Shown piece by piece: positions 39,317 to 52,500 of a stretch of 64,000 nt of DNA. The notes under the pieces are model-generated. The model saw nothing but the letters and a program-made list of their open reading frames with translations. It was not told the origin of the DNA and did no database searches. Source of the DNA: Toensbergia leucococca (taxonomy: Eukaryota); NCBI GenBank assembly GCA_022813965.1, contig JALDZS010000002.1:248001-312000 (forward strand), read 5' to 3'. The position numbers and the translations under genes are program-made. Numbering within the stretch: position 1 is the first letter of the stretch; every line of letters begins with the position of its first letter.

Positions 39317-40173
39317 TGGTGGGTTGAAACTGATGGCTGGGGATTCCTTGGTTTGCAGGACTGGAAGCGCGCGGCATTACTGGTAGAGATCCGATTGTGC
39401 TGGGATGCTGTCATTTCGGCTTTGACATGTTTGCTGTGTGCAAAGTTATCGATACATCACTTCCATACTCTATGAACTCATACCGATCCTGACTTTCAAC
39501 AGAGAGCGAGATGTGAGATTTAAGTTGGAGGATGGGAGAGGGGTGCGGGTATGGGAAGAGGTCAAGGGGAGCGAGAGAGGGGTCTTTTAAAAGGGTAACA
39601 TGTGCGGTGGGGAAATACAACAGTGCGAGTTCCTAGGAGAGAGAGATAGAGGCGACAGGGGAGGAAAGCGATGTTTCCCAGAATCTGAAGGAGTTTCTTT
39701 TTCTTTGATCGAGGGCATCTTTTGGGATGGAGAGGGGGGATAGGATAGGGATGGAAATGGAATGCAAAAGCCGCTGTTGTGGACGGGTGAGCAACGGAAA
39801 ACAAAATCCAAAATGATTTGAAAATCTCATCTCATCACTATCGTATACAGGTTACAAGTCTATCAATCAGAAATGCACAGCTCTCAGCCGAGTGCACCAA
39901 AAACGCCAGAGAACTCCGATCGCCTAGATAAAAACAAAGCCTTTCCTCCATGGTGTCACAAGAACCGTTGATCGCCATGCCTGAGACCGGACCGTACCGA
40001 TGGTGCTCCGTGAGGGTATACCCATGCTCGTTAATGCATATGAGGAAATGAAAGAGGGAGGGTTTAGGGGGGTAGTTTAGGGGATAACCCCCTTTGGATG
40101 GGCGATGAGGGTGGAAGCGGTAGGTAATGGTGAGGTAGGGAGGATAGGTGGAAGAGAGAGCGAGGAATCGAGT

Positions 40174-41331
40174 TCATCTTCCGTAGAGATTGACCATCCC
40201 GACGCCATAGCTGCCGGAGCGTTCGCCGAGAGCGGGCCGGGCAGCAGGTTGGTCGTACTCCTTGAGTGTGAACATATCAGTTGGCTGCGAGTATATGGCA
40301 AAGCATAGATAGGAGAGATACTACCTTTTTCCGTTTCTTCTTCGAAACGCTGCTTCTCCGACTGCCCTGGCCTGACGAGTAACCACCCCCACCCGTAACC
40401 TCCCCGTCATCATCCACATAACCCTCGCCATATCCCTCAAAGCTATGCTCATCATACCGACGTTTCCTACCACTTCGCTTGGGTCGCGCTACTTCAGCTG
40501 CCGAAGGCGTTCCAACAGTCATGGGGCTGCCGTTAGTCTGACCTTTTATCTTGGCCGAAGACTTCTCTGGCTGAGATTTCTTAGTGTTTTGCTCGGTTGG
40601 GGAGAAGGGTTTCGCTTTTTCGTGGCCTAGGAGGTCCTCCCAATCGTTGTTGTTCGGTACAGGGCCTGGTTCCATTTTCATCGCTCTCTCTAATTTTGCC
40701 ATGATTGCGCTCGGGAGGCCTTTCTGGACCTCTTTGCCTATTGCCTTCTGATTCTGCCATTCCTCTTCCGGCCACATGGCCAATTCCATTAGCCCTCCAG
40801 GCTTTCCGGCCTCATACTTCACGGCTCTATTCCTCCCGGCCAATCCAAAAGTTTTAACCTTGCCCTCGTATGATTTCCTCATCTTGTTGATCTTTTCACC
40901 TGTCACTGGGTCTGTTCGCGCGACGCTAGCGGAAAGAGACTGGAGGTTATAAAGCGAGAGAAGGTCCTGTGTGAAATGAGGTCGTAATGGTGGATGGGCT
41001 AGCCAAGAGCCCACGGTCAACCCAGCGGCTACAGTGAGACGCAGGGTGGAGTCTTACCCTTTGAGCACAGCAAATACGGACTATCTCCATTCTCCGGCGG
41101 ACGATCAAGAGGAAGGCCTGGCGACTCGGGTTGTTTCTCATGCTCGGGCTCTTTACCCTTGGTCTCATCATTGTTGGTGAAATCTAGGGAAGTGTCCATT
41201 CGGTCGGTGTCTTGTTTGTTAGGGTCGGAATGAGAGTCTTCAGCGGGGCTGTCAATTTCCATGGGTTGGAAGTGCTTTCCATGTTGTGTTGATATGGTTT
41301 GGACAGAAGTTGTTGAGAGTGAAGGTGTCAT
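40174..41331 (-). CDS. MED19: Mediator complex subunit 19 (Rox3)
   Basis: PHFTQDLLSLYNL…VARTDPVTGEKINKMRKSYEG, WPEEEWQNQ, KRRYDEHSFEGYGEGYVDD, KKKRKK; two introns; the true start may lie in an upstream exon. Confidence 0.88.
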
Positions 41332-41999
41332 GGGTTTTCTGCGTTATGTTGCAGGGTAAGGTAAGAGATGGAGTTCGAATCGGTCAAATGCGCCTAAAGA
41401 GCCACCAAAGCGGCCTCTAGCTGACAGGGCTGAGCCAAATGCGGTCTAGATGGATTCACCCTTGCAATATCAACTATCCTTTATCTGTTATCCTCTTGCA
41501 ACGTCCCTCGGTCTGTTCAAAGCTGATACTTACTGACGAAGAAAGACCCAAAGGTGTTAACACAAAATTGACGTGTAAAGTGCACCGGGCTGGACTGGGG
41601 TGATGGTGTGCAATGTTCTGGCTGTTTTGACTCATTGACAGCTCAAGTGGCTTTGTCCCTTGGGTGAAGCAAAATGACTAGTGGATTAGTGTAATGTCTG
41701 CCCCAACATCTGTGAAGTTACACTTTGGTGTTCGTGCGGTTAAGGACGTGAAGATTTAGATGCGACTCAAAACTCATTGGACTGAGAACTCCTAGATGGC
41801 GAGACACTATTCTTACGATGAAAGAACACTTGAATTGATTCCCCTTGGGACAATACAAAGTAAGGGTGAAGATCTCAGGAACCATTGATTACATTGCTCT
41901 GCATTTTTTTTTTCGCACTTATTCATAGCACTACCTCAAGCTCACAGCATCTCCCATTTGGACTTTTCCTTCTCCTTTCGAATTTTTATGTTTTCTCTT

Positions 42000-42560
42000 T
42001 GTTAGAAGACTTAGAGACAGCCAGAAGTCAGCTCCTTGACAACCAAGAAGTCAAGAAAGCCAGAGCTAAAGGTAGACTCAAGGTCATGCATCTTCACCCC
42101 GAGAACTATCAAAATGTGATTGTCTTCGCTGAAGCCGTCAGGAAAGAAATAGATGCCTTGAACATTTTAATCTCGGATCGAGGCCTTGGTCTAATGCCAG
42201 GAGAGGTCTAATCAGGTAACCACGAGAAGATCATACTGGTCATTGTGCTATCCAATGCACTCCTCGCCCTTGAATCTTTCGCTTCTTAAAAAGACTGCAG
42301 CGTTAGGATCCAAACTTCAGCCAGACCTCAGTACATTGATTTTGCTTTGTTCAGAATCCTACGCTAACCCATCGAGAGTGATCTATCAATAAATAGATGA
42401 CGATATTGGCCATGGGAAAGAGACAAGTAGTATCTTCCAATATGACGGAGACTGTGGCCGAGAGAAGAAAACTGTCTGTTATGTTCCCATTTAAGTTGGT
42501 ATGAACAGAAGAAACAAGAGGTCAATAACTCTTTGAACCCAAGAAGTCTGACAGATCAAA
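42000..42560 (+). pseudogene. Decayed short-chain dehydrogenase/reductase (retinol-dehydrogenase-like SDR)
   Basis: LETARSQLL…LKVMHL…YQNVIVFAEAVRKEIDALNILISDRGLG…*…HEKIILVIVLSNALLALE matches the SDR pattern LD..Y.SV..FA..V.KE...LDILLLNAG…HE...QVNYLSNALLAL; in-frame TAA 42209-42211, frameshift about 42278, NAG and TGxxxGIG motifs not intact. Confidence 0.65.
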
Positions 42561-43324
42561 TCCTTTTGAAACGGTGAGAAAGGTCAATGAATCATGACTA
42601 CATTGCAGAACTTGTTTCCTCAATACATCATGAAGACTTAGGACAAACAAGGATCATATAAGAAAAGATGGCGGACATGATACTATGCCCATTAAAAATT
42701 CAAGTAGAAATAATCATGTAGAGCTATAATGTTCAGGGGCGATGGCTTTTTCTCTTTTGGTGGGTTCGGACACCCGGATCAGGACAGATATTTCACTGTG
42801 GATCAATTTTATCAACGATTTTGTTCCAGCGAGCGAAGCAAAGTTGTATTCCCTCTACTACGTTTGAGTAGGTTAGACCTGAGATACGAGTACTTGTCCA
42901 GAAACCCTATCCTAATATGGCTTAGCTAGTGGTCCGTTTCCCTGGATCTATCGATCATGAAATGCCTACCATAGGTAGGCAAGATACACCTAATTCATGC
43001 AGAACCTTATGTGATGCTGTGAGATCAATAAAGGTCCAGGTAACCTTCAAAGTACCTAAACAACGCTGGAGGAGTGCATTATCACTTAGATGTTCCGATG
43101 GGAAAACTAAAGATGGATATTACGAGCACAAGATTTGAGGGCACTCTTCTAACGAGAGATTAGTGTCGTTGCTCCCGTTCAGTATACTGGATCCTTCATA
43201 TTCGCCGAACTCCAACCATGCTCTGAGCGTAAGGCTTTTAGAGAAGTATCCATGCTGATTGTCGTGGCCAATAAGTTGAATACTATACAAGCAAAAGCTC
43301 TTTGCACATATCGCTACATCCGTT

Positions 43325-44458
43325 TTAAGTAAGTGCCGTCGCTTTGACCTTCAGTAGCTTCTCGGCATTCTTGTACGCAATCATTTCCATCTCCTCTTCG
43401 CTCACCAGACCACTAGTCTTCAGATCCTCAATGAACTTCAAGCCGTCTTCGTTGGTCGCGAAAGGATAGTCGACGCTGTACAAGATATGGTCCAGTTTCG
43501 TGATCCGCAGTACGCTAGCCATTGGATTCACGCTGAACATTCCACTGGTTGTAATCCAGATGTTCTCATCCCAAACCTGTTTGAGCCCTTTTGTCCTCTC
43601 TCCCCACATCTTCGAGAAGATAGCGGTACGCTCCAATTGAAAAGGAAGCATCTCACCCATATGCCCGATCACAATCTTCAGCTTGGGATATTTGTCAAAT
43701 ACTCCTGCGGCAAAAAGGCGAAGCACGTGCTGAGCCGTGTTAGAATGCCAACCCCAACCCCAATGTCCCAGAGCTGTTTCTGCCGCCTTATTGTAGTTTC
43801 CTACATACTCCGCTGTTCTTGACTCAGCCTGGAAAGTTGGATGGATGTATAGCGGTACGTCTAGACGTTCGGCTGCCTCGAACATTGGCCAAAACTTTGT
43901 GCCGTCATAATACGTACCGTCAGTCAGATGGTTATCGATGAGTGCACCAAGAAATCCGAGGTCTTTGACGCAACGTTCTAACTCCACTGCTGCAGCTTCC
44001 GGGTGGGAAATGGGTAACATGGCGAACCCGGCATAGCGAGTGGGATTGCGAGAGACCTGTTCGGCGAGCTCATCGTTTGCATGGGCACAAGCGTCAGGCG
44101 AGGCGTCTGCTGGGGCGTGAGAGATGACCTGGAGGGAGACCGAACCAGCATCCATGTGATGAAGACGTTGTGCGTCGAAGTCCGTAAGTTGTTCTTTGAT
44201 TGAAGGAGGAAATTGGCCATAGATGCTTGCGGCGAGCTTTGCGGGTTCGCCAATGTGTTTGGAGATGAAATGCTCCTCAAGGGTGATTAGAGGATAACTA
44301 GAGTTCTTTGCTGAGGACGCGAATGCTCGGCCCGGTCCACATTGGTGCCACGACGGGCCATTCCTGGTCGAGGGAGCCGCTGTCCTTGACGGATCTAATC
44401 CTCTTCGATAGGTACTCCTGACGAGGCCTTCGAAGCGTCTTGCCGATGTTGGGTTCAT
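43325..44458 (-). CDS. Amidohydrolase-family aromatic-acid decarboxylase (OrsB / 2,3-dihydroxybenzoate / gamma-resorcylate decarboxylase type)
   Basis: ITLEEHF, PLYIHP, IGHMGEMLPF, ITTSG, LYSVDYPF metal-binding motifs; intronless 377-aa ORF. Confidence 0.9.
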   Translation of the reverse strand: MNPTSARRFEGLVRSTYRRGLDPSRTAAPSTRNGPSWHQCGPGRAFASSAKNSSYPLITLEEHFISKHIGEPAKLAASIYGQFPPSIKEQLTDFDAQRLHHMDAGSVSLQVISHAPADASPDACAHANDELAEQVSRNPTRYAGFAMLPISHPEAAAVELERCVKDLGFLGALIDNHLTDGTYYDGTKFWPMFEAAERLDVPLYIHPTFQAESRTAEYVGNYNKAAETALGHWGWGWHSNTAQHVLRLFAAGVFDKYPKLKIVIGHMGEMLPFQLERTAIFSKMWGERTKGLKQVWDENIWITTSGMFSVNPMASVLRITKLDHILYSVDYPFATNEDGLKFIEDLKTSGLVSEEEMEMIAYKNAEKLLKVKATALT

Positions 44459-46512
44459 TGTTGCTCAATTATGCCCCTTTGATAGTTTTGAACCCTTCTC
44501 GGCTTTGTCGCTTGATAATACACTGGACACTAGTTCTCGTACACTTATCGATGCATGGCCAATTTGTGGTAACTAGCAGGTCTTTAAGGATGTGAAAGCC
44601 CTGAATTAGGGTTGTATCGAACAACTCCCTCATCGACCTTCGAAGTCCAGGGAACCTGTGATGTCACAATCACATGTGGACGGAGGAATCGAAGGTAGGT
44701 AGTATGTGGCTCTCTTCCTGACCTTGCGAAAGAAGGAATAGAGGGTAGTATATGGTCAACAAGCTCCATTTTGAATGAGACATGACCAGAACGCTACTTC
44801 CTGGCGTTTACGAAATAAGTACCTCGATACTTGACTTGCATCAACGCTTGGATTCCGAATGATACATGCAACGGAGGCTACTTGGATCTGGCGAATGAAA
44901 GACGCCTCCACATATGTTGGGACTCGCTTAGCTGGCATCGGAGCCCGAGTCTCGCCTAATGGCGTGATAGCCGGGTCCGTGATCGGCAGCTAAAACGATG
45001 CACCGGCCCGGTGTTAGTCCACGCTTAATGTAACCTTCAGCCAGATTCCTCATCTGCAGACTCGATCCATATCCAAATCATTACCTACTGACTGGACACC
45101 TTTCTCGCCCTCCTTTCAGGCTAATGCTTGTCATGTTACACCGATCACAGCTTTGCTATATGATTCCCGTGCGCATCGGCTCTCGGTCTCCCTTAGTCCA
45201 GCAGCCGAGTCTGAATTGCAGGTGAGTCTGGTGACCACAGCGGCCAAAGATTTTACATATTCTCGATATATTGTTCATGGAGCTTGGGATATTACGGTTC
45301 TTCGATATGTCTTTCGGAGTTACCCTCAGAGCTATAGATATCTGGTATTTTCTTGAAGCTTCAGAGCTTTTAGCTTCCCGACGAAGTTATATAGCTCCTA
45401 GAGCTCCGAACTCTCTATTAGATAAGTGAAGCTTTTGAAGTCATTCCTTGTCACACTAACTCCTGATCGGTCCAGATCCTTGCTACTAGCTCGTCAAATG
45501 TCTCTTTCTGTCTCAATTGACTCAATCATGCAATGGCTCCTCCAAAGATGATAGCTGAAGCTCTGACCCTTCGCCATTTGAGTCTCTACTTGACATTTAG
45601 CAGTAATAAAGACCATTGGGAAATCGAGCGGCCAACAGCGAGCCTCATGGAAGGAGTAATATGAATTGCGTTGTCAGCTATATTGCGTTGCACTAGGAAT
45701 TACTTATACAGAACCTTGGTCTTACCTAGCCTCGATCCGCCCACTTATCTCTCTACTAAATATTGTTCTTTAGAGTGTTGTTCTCTATCATGTCACCTTG
45801 AGCCCCCCATGTGCATTGAATGCTATCTGCCAAATGCTTATTGGGTGTCGCTAGTAGGGTCATTCGCAATGCTGTCAGAAAGCTGCATAAAGCTACAAGC
45901 AATGAGCGTAACCTTACGATCCATCTTGAACGTCTACCATGTACTACAGAATCCGATGAGTGGTAATTCTTAGCCTGCTATACTTTCTTAGATCGATGTA
46001 CTATGGCCCGCACGCAAAAACCTCAAGCCCTAATGCGTCGATCCTTTTCCTCTCGGCTCACTCCACCTGCCAAATTCAAGTGGCCTGAAGCTAACCTTAC
46101 TTTCTACAGAGGCTCGTAGTACACGTTTTGCACAGAAACATCACCTCATTTGCACGTGTATGCGACCTTGGTAATAGGCCGGCGTAACTATGCCTACAGG
46201 ATCATCTGTTGTCCAATTGCCTCGGCGATATATACCTCCTATCAGATTAGGTAGCAGAAAAATACGAAACTCTATATCAGGTTCACGCGTTGGGAGTGAC
46301 TGATGTAACAACATGGGGTTGGACAGTTTTCTATTCAACACCATGGGCGATTGCTGCAACCTTCACGCTCCTCCCATTCACCCGGAGGCCTCGCGTTCTC
46401 TTGCATCATAACTGATACATATAGCGCTACTCTTCTAACCTCGCTGTCTAGAATATTTCCCACTTGCGTTCATTCATTTCAAAGAATCGTATCGGCTACG
46501 CACTAATCGAAC

Positions 46513-49500
46513 ATGGCCTCTCCAATTCCTAACATGTTCCGCCTTCCTGTCTTTGCCGGTCTTGGTTCAGAATCTCTGTTTTCAGGCTTGGTCTTGGACC
46601 AAGTAGCGAAAGATGTCAAAAGCCCAGAAGCCCAATTGCTTCTCCGGGCTTGCCATCAAATCTTTCTAAAAGAAATTGAAGCGAGTGCGTCTTGCGGAGT
46701 CGACTCGGCAGATTTCTCTCGGGCCGAGGATCTTCTTCGACCTTCAAAAGACTATCACAACAATACTACCACCCAACACGCCTTCATCTGCCTGATCCAA
46801 CTCCTTCGATATTTGAACCTTGAGGGGTCTTTCTCTTCCCCGCTTCTCGGGGTATCCGGCTTCTGTGCAGGTCTCCTACCTGCCGTCGCCGTTGCGACTT
46901 CCAAAACTTCGCTTGAATATCTCTCCCGTGCACAAGATTGCTATCGCGTCGCCGTCAAGATAGGTATTGCAAGCGAGCAATATCGGCGGGAGAAATCCAC
47001 AGAGAAAACAGATCTGCCGTGGAGTCTGATTGTTGATGGGTTAGGTGGGGATGCCGCGGCCACCCTTCTCACTAAGACTCAAAATCAAGAAGTATGATCT
47101 CCAATTCCTTTGCCGCAAACTCTTTCCTGACCAAAGAACGACAGGAACCGCCATCAATTTATGTTAGTGCGTACAATACAGAAAAATGCGTTACGCTCAG
47201 TGGGGAAGGCGCTGCCTTGCGGCAATTCGTGGACTCACAGCTGCCAAAGGGGTGTCGTATAAAACCTACAAACATCTTTTCGCTGTACCATAACCGCAGC
47301 GCCTTGAATGACCTCTCGGAACGTCTATTACAGGAGATCAAAGACGGGGGGGCCTCATTCCCACGCACCTCGGACCTAGTGGGCCCAATCTTCTGGACAA
47401 CAGATGGGTCACTGATCAGCAACGGTGAGAGCTCGTCCTCGGATCAGCTTTTAAGGTTGATTCTGGAGATGGTCTTTCTCGACCCGGTCGACTGGATTAC
47501 GGTACAGGAAAGCATTCTCTCGCTATCTAAGGACGCTGTAAATGCCGAAAATACCACAGTGCAAGTTCAAAATTTTGGCCCCGGATACGGCGCATTGATG
47601 TTCCGTAAAGATCTACCCAAGGGCATCGACGTCGTTGACGTCTCCTCTACAGAAACCGATACCAAACCCGACCAATCTTGGGCTGAACAAGACATTGCAA
47701 TTGTAGGCTGTGCTCTTGACGTGCCGGGAGCGCAGATGGACCCCAACATTCTATGGGAAGCTATCATGAACGGAATCAACACTTGTGCCAAGGTACTGTT
47801 CCCCCATCGCTTTGAGACATTTCAATGAGCTTGGTGCTGACCTCGACACACCAGATCCCCACTGATAGATTTCATATCGAAGATTACCACGCAAAAAACA
47901 AGTCCGAGTTAGGAAACGCTAATAGATCAATGGACTCACAGTGGGGTAGCTTTCTGGAAAACCCATTCCTTTTCGATAATACTTTCTTCGGGATTTCACC
48001 AAGAGAGGCACGAAGCATGGATCCGCAACAACGCCTGCTACTGCAAACAGCCCAACGAGCGCTCGAAGATGCCGGGTACACTCCCAATTCTACTAAGTGC
48101 AACGACACGAGCACCTTCGGGTGTTTCATTGGTGCCGCAACAGGAGACTATGCCGAAAACTTAAAGGAAGAGATGGATGTGTATTGGGTTCCTGGTAAGC
48201 TGGCAGAACAATTGATAATCTCCATATAGCTGACTGACCAACCGAATTAAGGCGTGCTGCGCTGTTTTATGAGTGGGCGAATCTCATACGCTTATGGTTG
48301 GGGTGGCCCAGCCCTGACTGTTGACACCGCTTGTTCGTCATCCATAGTCGCTATCTGGCAAGCCGCAAGAGCACTTCAAACAGGCGATGCCAATGCATGC
48401 ATGGCAGGTGGCGTAAATATCATCACAAGTCCAGATGTATGATTTCACCTCCCTTCCCTAGTATCGTGGAGGCTTTTCTAACAGTTTATACCCACAGATG
48501 TACATAGGACTTGATCGAGCACATTTCTTGAGTCCTACAGGGCAATGCAAGTCTTTTGACGACCCTGCTGATGGCTACTGTCGTTCAGACGGCTCTGCTG
48601 TCATAGTCATGAAAAGGATGAGTGACGCATTGGCAGAGAATGATCACATTCTCGGTGTCATCAAAGGAGTCGAGGTCAATCAGAGCGGCACCGCACACTC
48701 GATCACTCATCCACATACGCCTACTCAAGAGAAGCTATTCAAGAGCGTATGGCAAAAGAATCACCTCAACCCATTACATGTGTCTGTTGTTGAAGCGCAT
48801 GGCACTGGCACGGGAGCCGGAGATCCGAGCGAGTTGCATGGTATTACGAATTCATTGTGTGGGGGTCGGTCTGCTGATAACACCCTTACCATCGGGTCAG
48901 TAAAAGCAAATATTGGACACAGCGAAGCGGCGTCGGGCTGTGCGTCTCTGATCAAGATCCTCATGATGTTCAAGAACAAAACACTACCTCCCCAGACGCT
49001 ATTCAACAAAGTCAACTCCAATGTCAAAGACCTTGCGAAGAAGGGTGTTGTCATCAATCGAGAGGCTAAACCTTGGGTCACCTATAAAGGTGTACCGCGA
49101 ATGGCCATGCTCAACAATTTTGGTGGATCTGGATCAAACGGTGCTCTTATCGTGCAGGAATTTGAGCCGCGAAATGCCGTTATATCTGAGCAGGAGTCAC
49201 TCACATATTGTTTTGCATGTTCTACAAAGAGCGAGTCTAGTCTCCTGAAAATGCGAGACGAACTCATTGCCCTTCTCGAAACACAGGACAACTTACACAT
49301 TCGCGATATTTGTTACACTAGCACGGCTCGTAGACAAGTCTACAAAAACCGGCTGTCAACCACTGCCAGTTCAGTCCCGGAATTGATTAAGAATCTGCGG
49401 AAGGCTGATGTCGTGGATTGTGCCTCGACAAAAGCCACTGTAACAGCACCCGAAGCTGTTTTCTTGTTTTCTGGCCAAGGAAGTCAGGTAATCTTGCCCT

Positions 49501-52500
49501 CTCGAGCTTTGTTATCTATATTGAGCTAATTATTGAAGTATCTGGGAATGGGCAAAGAGCTCATGACCATGTTCCCTTCTTTTGCGGATACTGTCAATAA
49601 ATGTCATCACCTCCTGGCCCGATGGGGTATGCCCAGCTGCCTCGATGTTATCAATGCCGAAACAGGATCTGAGGCCAAGACTGGAGACGCCGCTCAGCTG
49701 CAATCGTTCCAAACGGGCGTCTTTGTATTGGAGGTTGCTGTTGCTCAGCTATTAATCTCCTGGGGAATTAAGCCAAAAGCTGTAGCTGGCCATAGGTAAG
49801 TGTGGATCCGTGCGCCTTCTATCGAGGAAACTGACGATTACATCAAAGTCTTGGCGAGTACGCTGCCTTGGTTATTGCTGGTGTGATGGACCTTCCGAGT
49901 GCCCTGAAGCTGGTGGCACACAGGGCAAGCCTGATCGTGGATCACTGTGCGATAGGGAAAAGTTGCATGTTGGCCGTTAGCTTGTCAGCTAGGAAGGTGC
50001 AGGATGTCTTAAGGAGCCAAAAAGACTTTGATGCTCTCTCCATCTCTTGTGATAACAGCCCGGACGATTGTGTTGTTGGTGGGAAAACAGAATCTCTCCA
50101 AGGCCTGAAAGACTTCCTCTCGCAGGAGAAGAAGATCAAGTCGAAAATGTTGGACGTCCCAATTGCCTATCATACCGACGCTCTTGCACCAGTTCTGGAA
50201 TCTTTGACCGACTTCGCTCAGCAATTCAAGTTCTCGGCACCTTCAATTCCGGTCGCATCAAATCTCTTGGGTCGTGTCGTTGCCGTTGGCGAAGATGCCT
50301 TCAAGCCAGAGTACTTTGCTTCTCATTGCGAGAAAACAGTGAAGTTCAGTGACTCTATGGAATCGTTGATATCACTAGATGACACTGCCGTTAATGGCTG
50401 CTGGATTGAGGTAGGACCGCATCCGATTGTCTTGCCAATGCTAAGCTCCAGACTCTCTGGCAAACCAGCCCAGAAGCTACCAACTCTTAAGAAGAAAACT
50501 CATCCAGCAACATCTATTTCTCAGCTCCTGAGCAGCCTATTCTTGACTACTACAGGCCTCGAGTGGCGGCGACCTTTTGAGGACCTTCAGCAGAAACCCG
50601 CTCTGGTATCTTTGCCTGGTGTACCCTTCGCAAGGAAAGAATTTTACGTTGAATACCCACGCGACTATGTCACTGGCGATCAGCCAGTTGTTCAAGCTGT
50701 TGTTGAGCCAGCCTATACTGGGACACCGTATGAATTCCTGAAAAGCGTTGTCGAGGCGCCTTCTGCGAACAAATACGGCGATGCTGTCTTTGATACTCCA
50801 ATTCAGACGCTTGCGAGCTACATCAGTGGTCATACAGTTTGCGGCTTTGCTCTGTGCCCCGCATCAGTATATTGCGAGCTTGCGCTGTCTGCTGCTTATG
50901 CTCTAGAATTATCCGGATTGAGCTTCAGCCTGTCAAATGTTACCATCCCGAAGTCTTTGGTCTACCGCGATGACGCTGCTTCAAAGGACCTCACTATTGT
51001 TGTGCGGGTTACAATCAACACCCGCGATCAAATTCGTGGACTACTCGAATTCAATATCTCCTCGTACGACCGTCTCAAGGGTCCTGAGCAAAGTCAGGTG
51101 CATTGTCGGGGCCTTGTGAAGTGTCGTACCATTGACGAAGCTTACGAGAAGTACGCAAATCTCGGCGGTCTACTAGATCAGCGGAAGTCTCGTTTTGTGA
51201 ACCTCGATTCCGATAGCATTCAGACCTTCTCCTCCTCTGTGCTGTACGACAAGATCTTCACAAGGACTGTAAATTACACAGAAATGTATCGATCCATTCG
51301 ATCCATCAAGATCAATACTGCCGGTAAGGAGGCGTATGCCGTGTGCAAGCTTCCTCCCTCTCGACACCAAGGAAAATTTGTTGCGGACCCAATTTTGGTA
51401 GACGCTCTCTTCCATGCCGCTGGTTTCATGGCCAACCTTTTTGCAGCAAACGATGAACTCTACATTTGCAACAAGGTTAAATCAGTAACCGTCCTGCGTG
51501 ATGTCGCCAGCGCGGATCAAACATTCAAGATTCACTGCAGCAATTATGAAATCAATGGTGGTAAAACTATCCTGTCAAACTCGCGAGCTTTTGACTCCCA
51601 GGGCGCCTTCGCCGTTATTAAATCGATGAAGTTCCAGCGCGTCAGAGTGTCTGACAGGACTGCTGCATTCGGGGTCCTGGCCGAACGCATTAGAAATGGT
51701 GAAGTCAGTGCCGAAGAAGAGGAATTGGAACCATCGATACCATCGACACCATTTCTACAAAAGCAAGCTACCTTGGCCGCTCAATCTCTAACCGATTCTT
51801 CATCCCAAGGAACTTCTGGGTACACGTCACCAGAGCAATCCTTGCCATCTACCCAGAATTCTAGCGTCCCTAGCACCCCTCAGGTTGGAAAGGAACCTGT
51901 CCAATCAAAAGGAGACATCAGCTCCATTGAGAACATCATCGCCGAAACATGTGGAACTGAGAAAGGCAGCGTCATGCCTCAGACCGTGCTTGAGACTCTT
52001 GGCATTGATTCTCTGATGGTGTACGAGTTGCGAGACAAATTATACGAACTGTCAAACCGAAGGGTCTCCATAACGACATTGACAGGTTGTACAATAGTAG
52101 AAGATGTTGCGAAGATCCTTGCTCAACAAGGTAAGCATTCACGACAGAACTCCACTGAATAAAATAAACCAACACAATGATTGCTAAAATACAGATGTCC
52201 CCGCTCAGCAGGTTCTTCCTAAGACGGCGCCAGTCGCGCCACCAAAGCGTGGGAGCGACAAGAAAGAGGTGGCCTCGCCCTCTCCCACGCCGAAAGCTGA
52301 ATCGAAACCAGCTCCGGGGCCCACGAAAAATGTGAGCGATGAGACCTCAAAAGCCGTACGGCGCCTCTTACGACTTGATGAGAAAATTCAAAATATTCGA
52401 CCTTCTCTGTTTGATCTGGACTTTAGCCTAGGCGAAAGTCTGCCATTACCTCTTTTCCTAATTCATCCTGGCAGTGGTCTCGTTATCGAGTATCACGGCC

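Noticed and set aside
45150..45700. AGCT/TpA-rich stretch suggestive of a RIP-mutated element
   Set aside because: No repeat partner, terminal repeats or protein motif visible; RIP indices not computed
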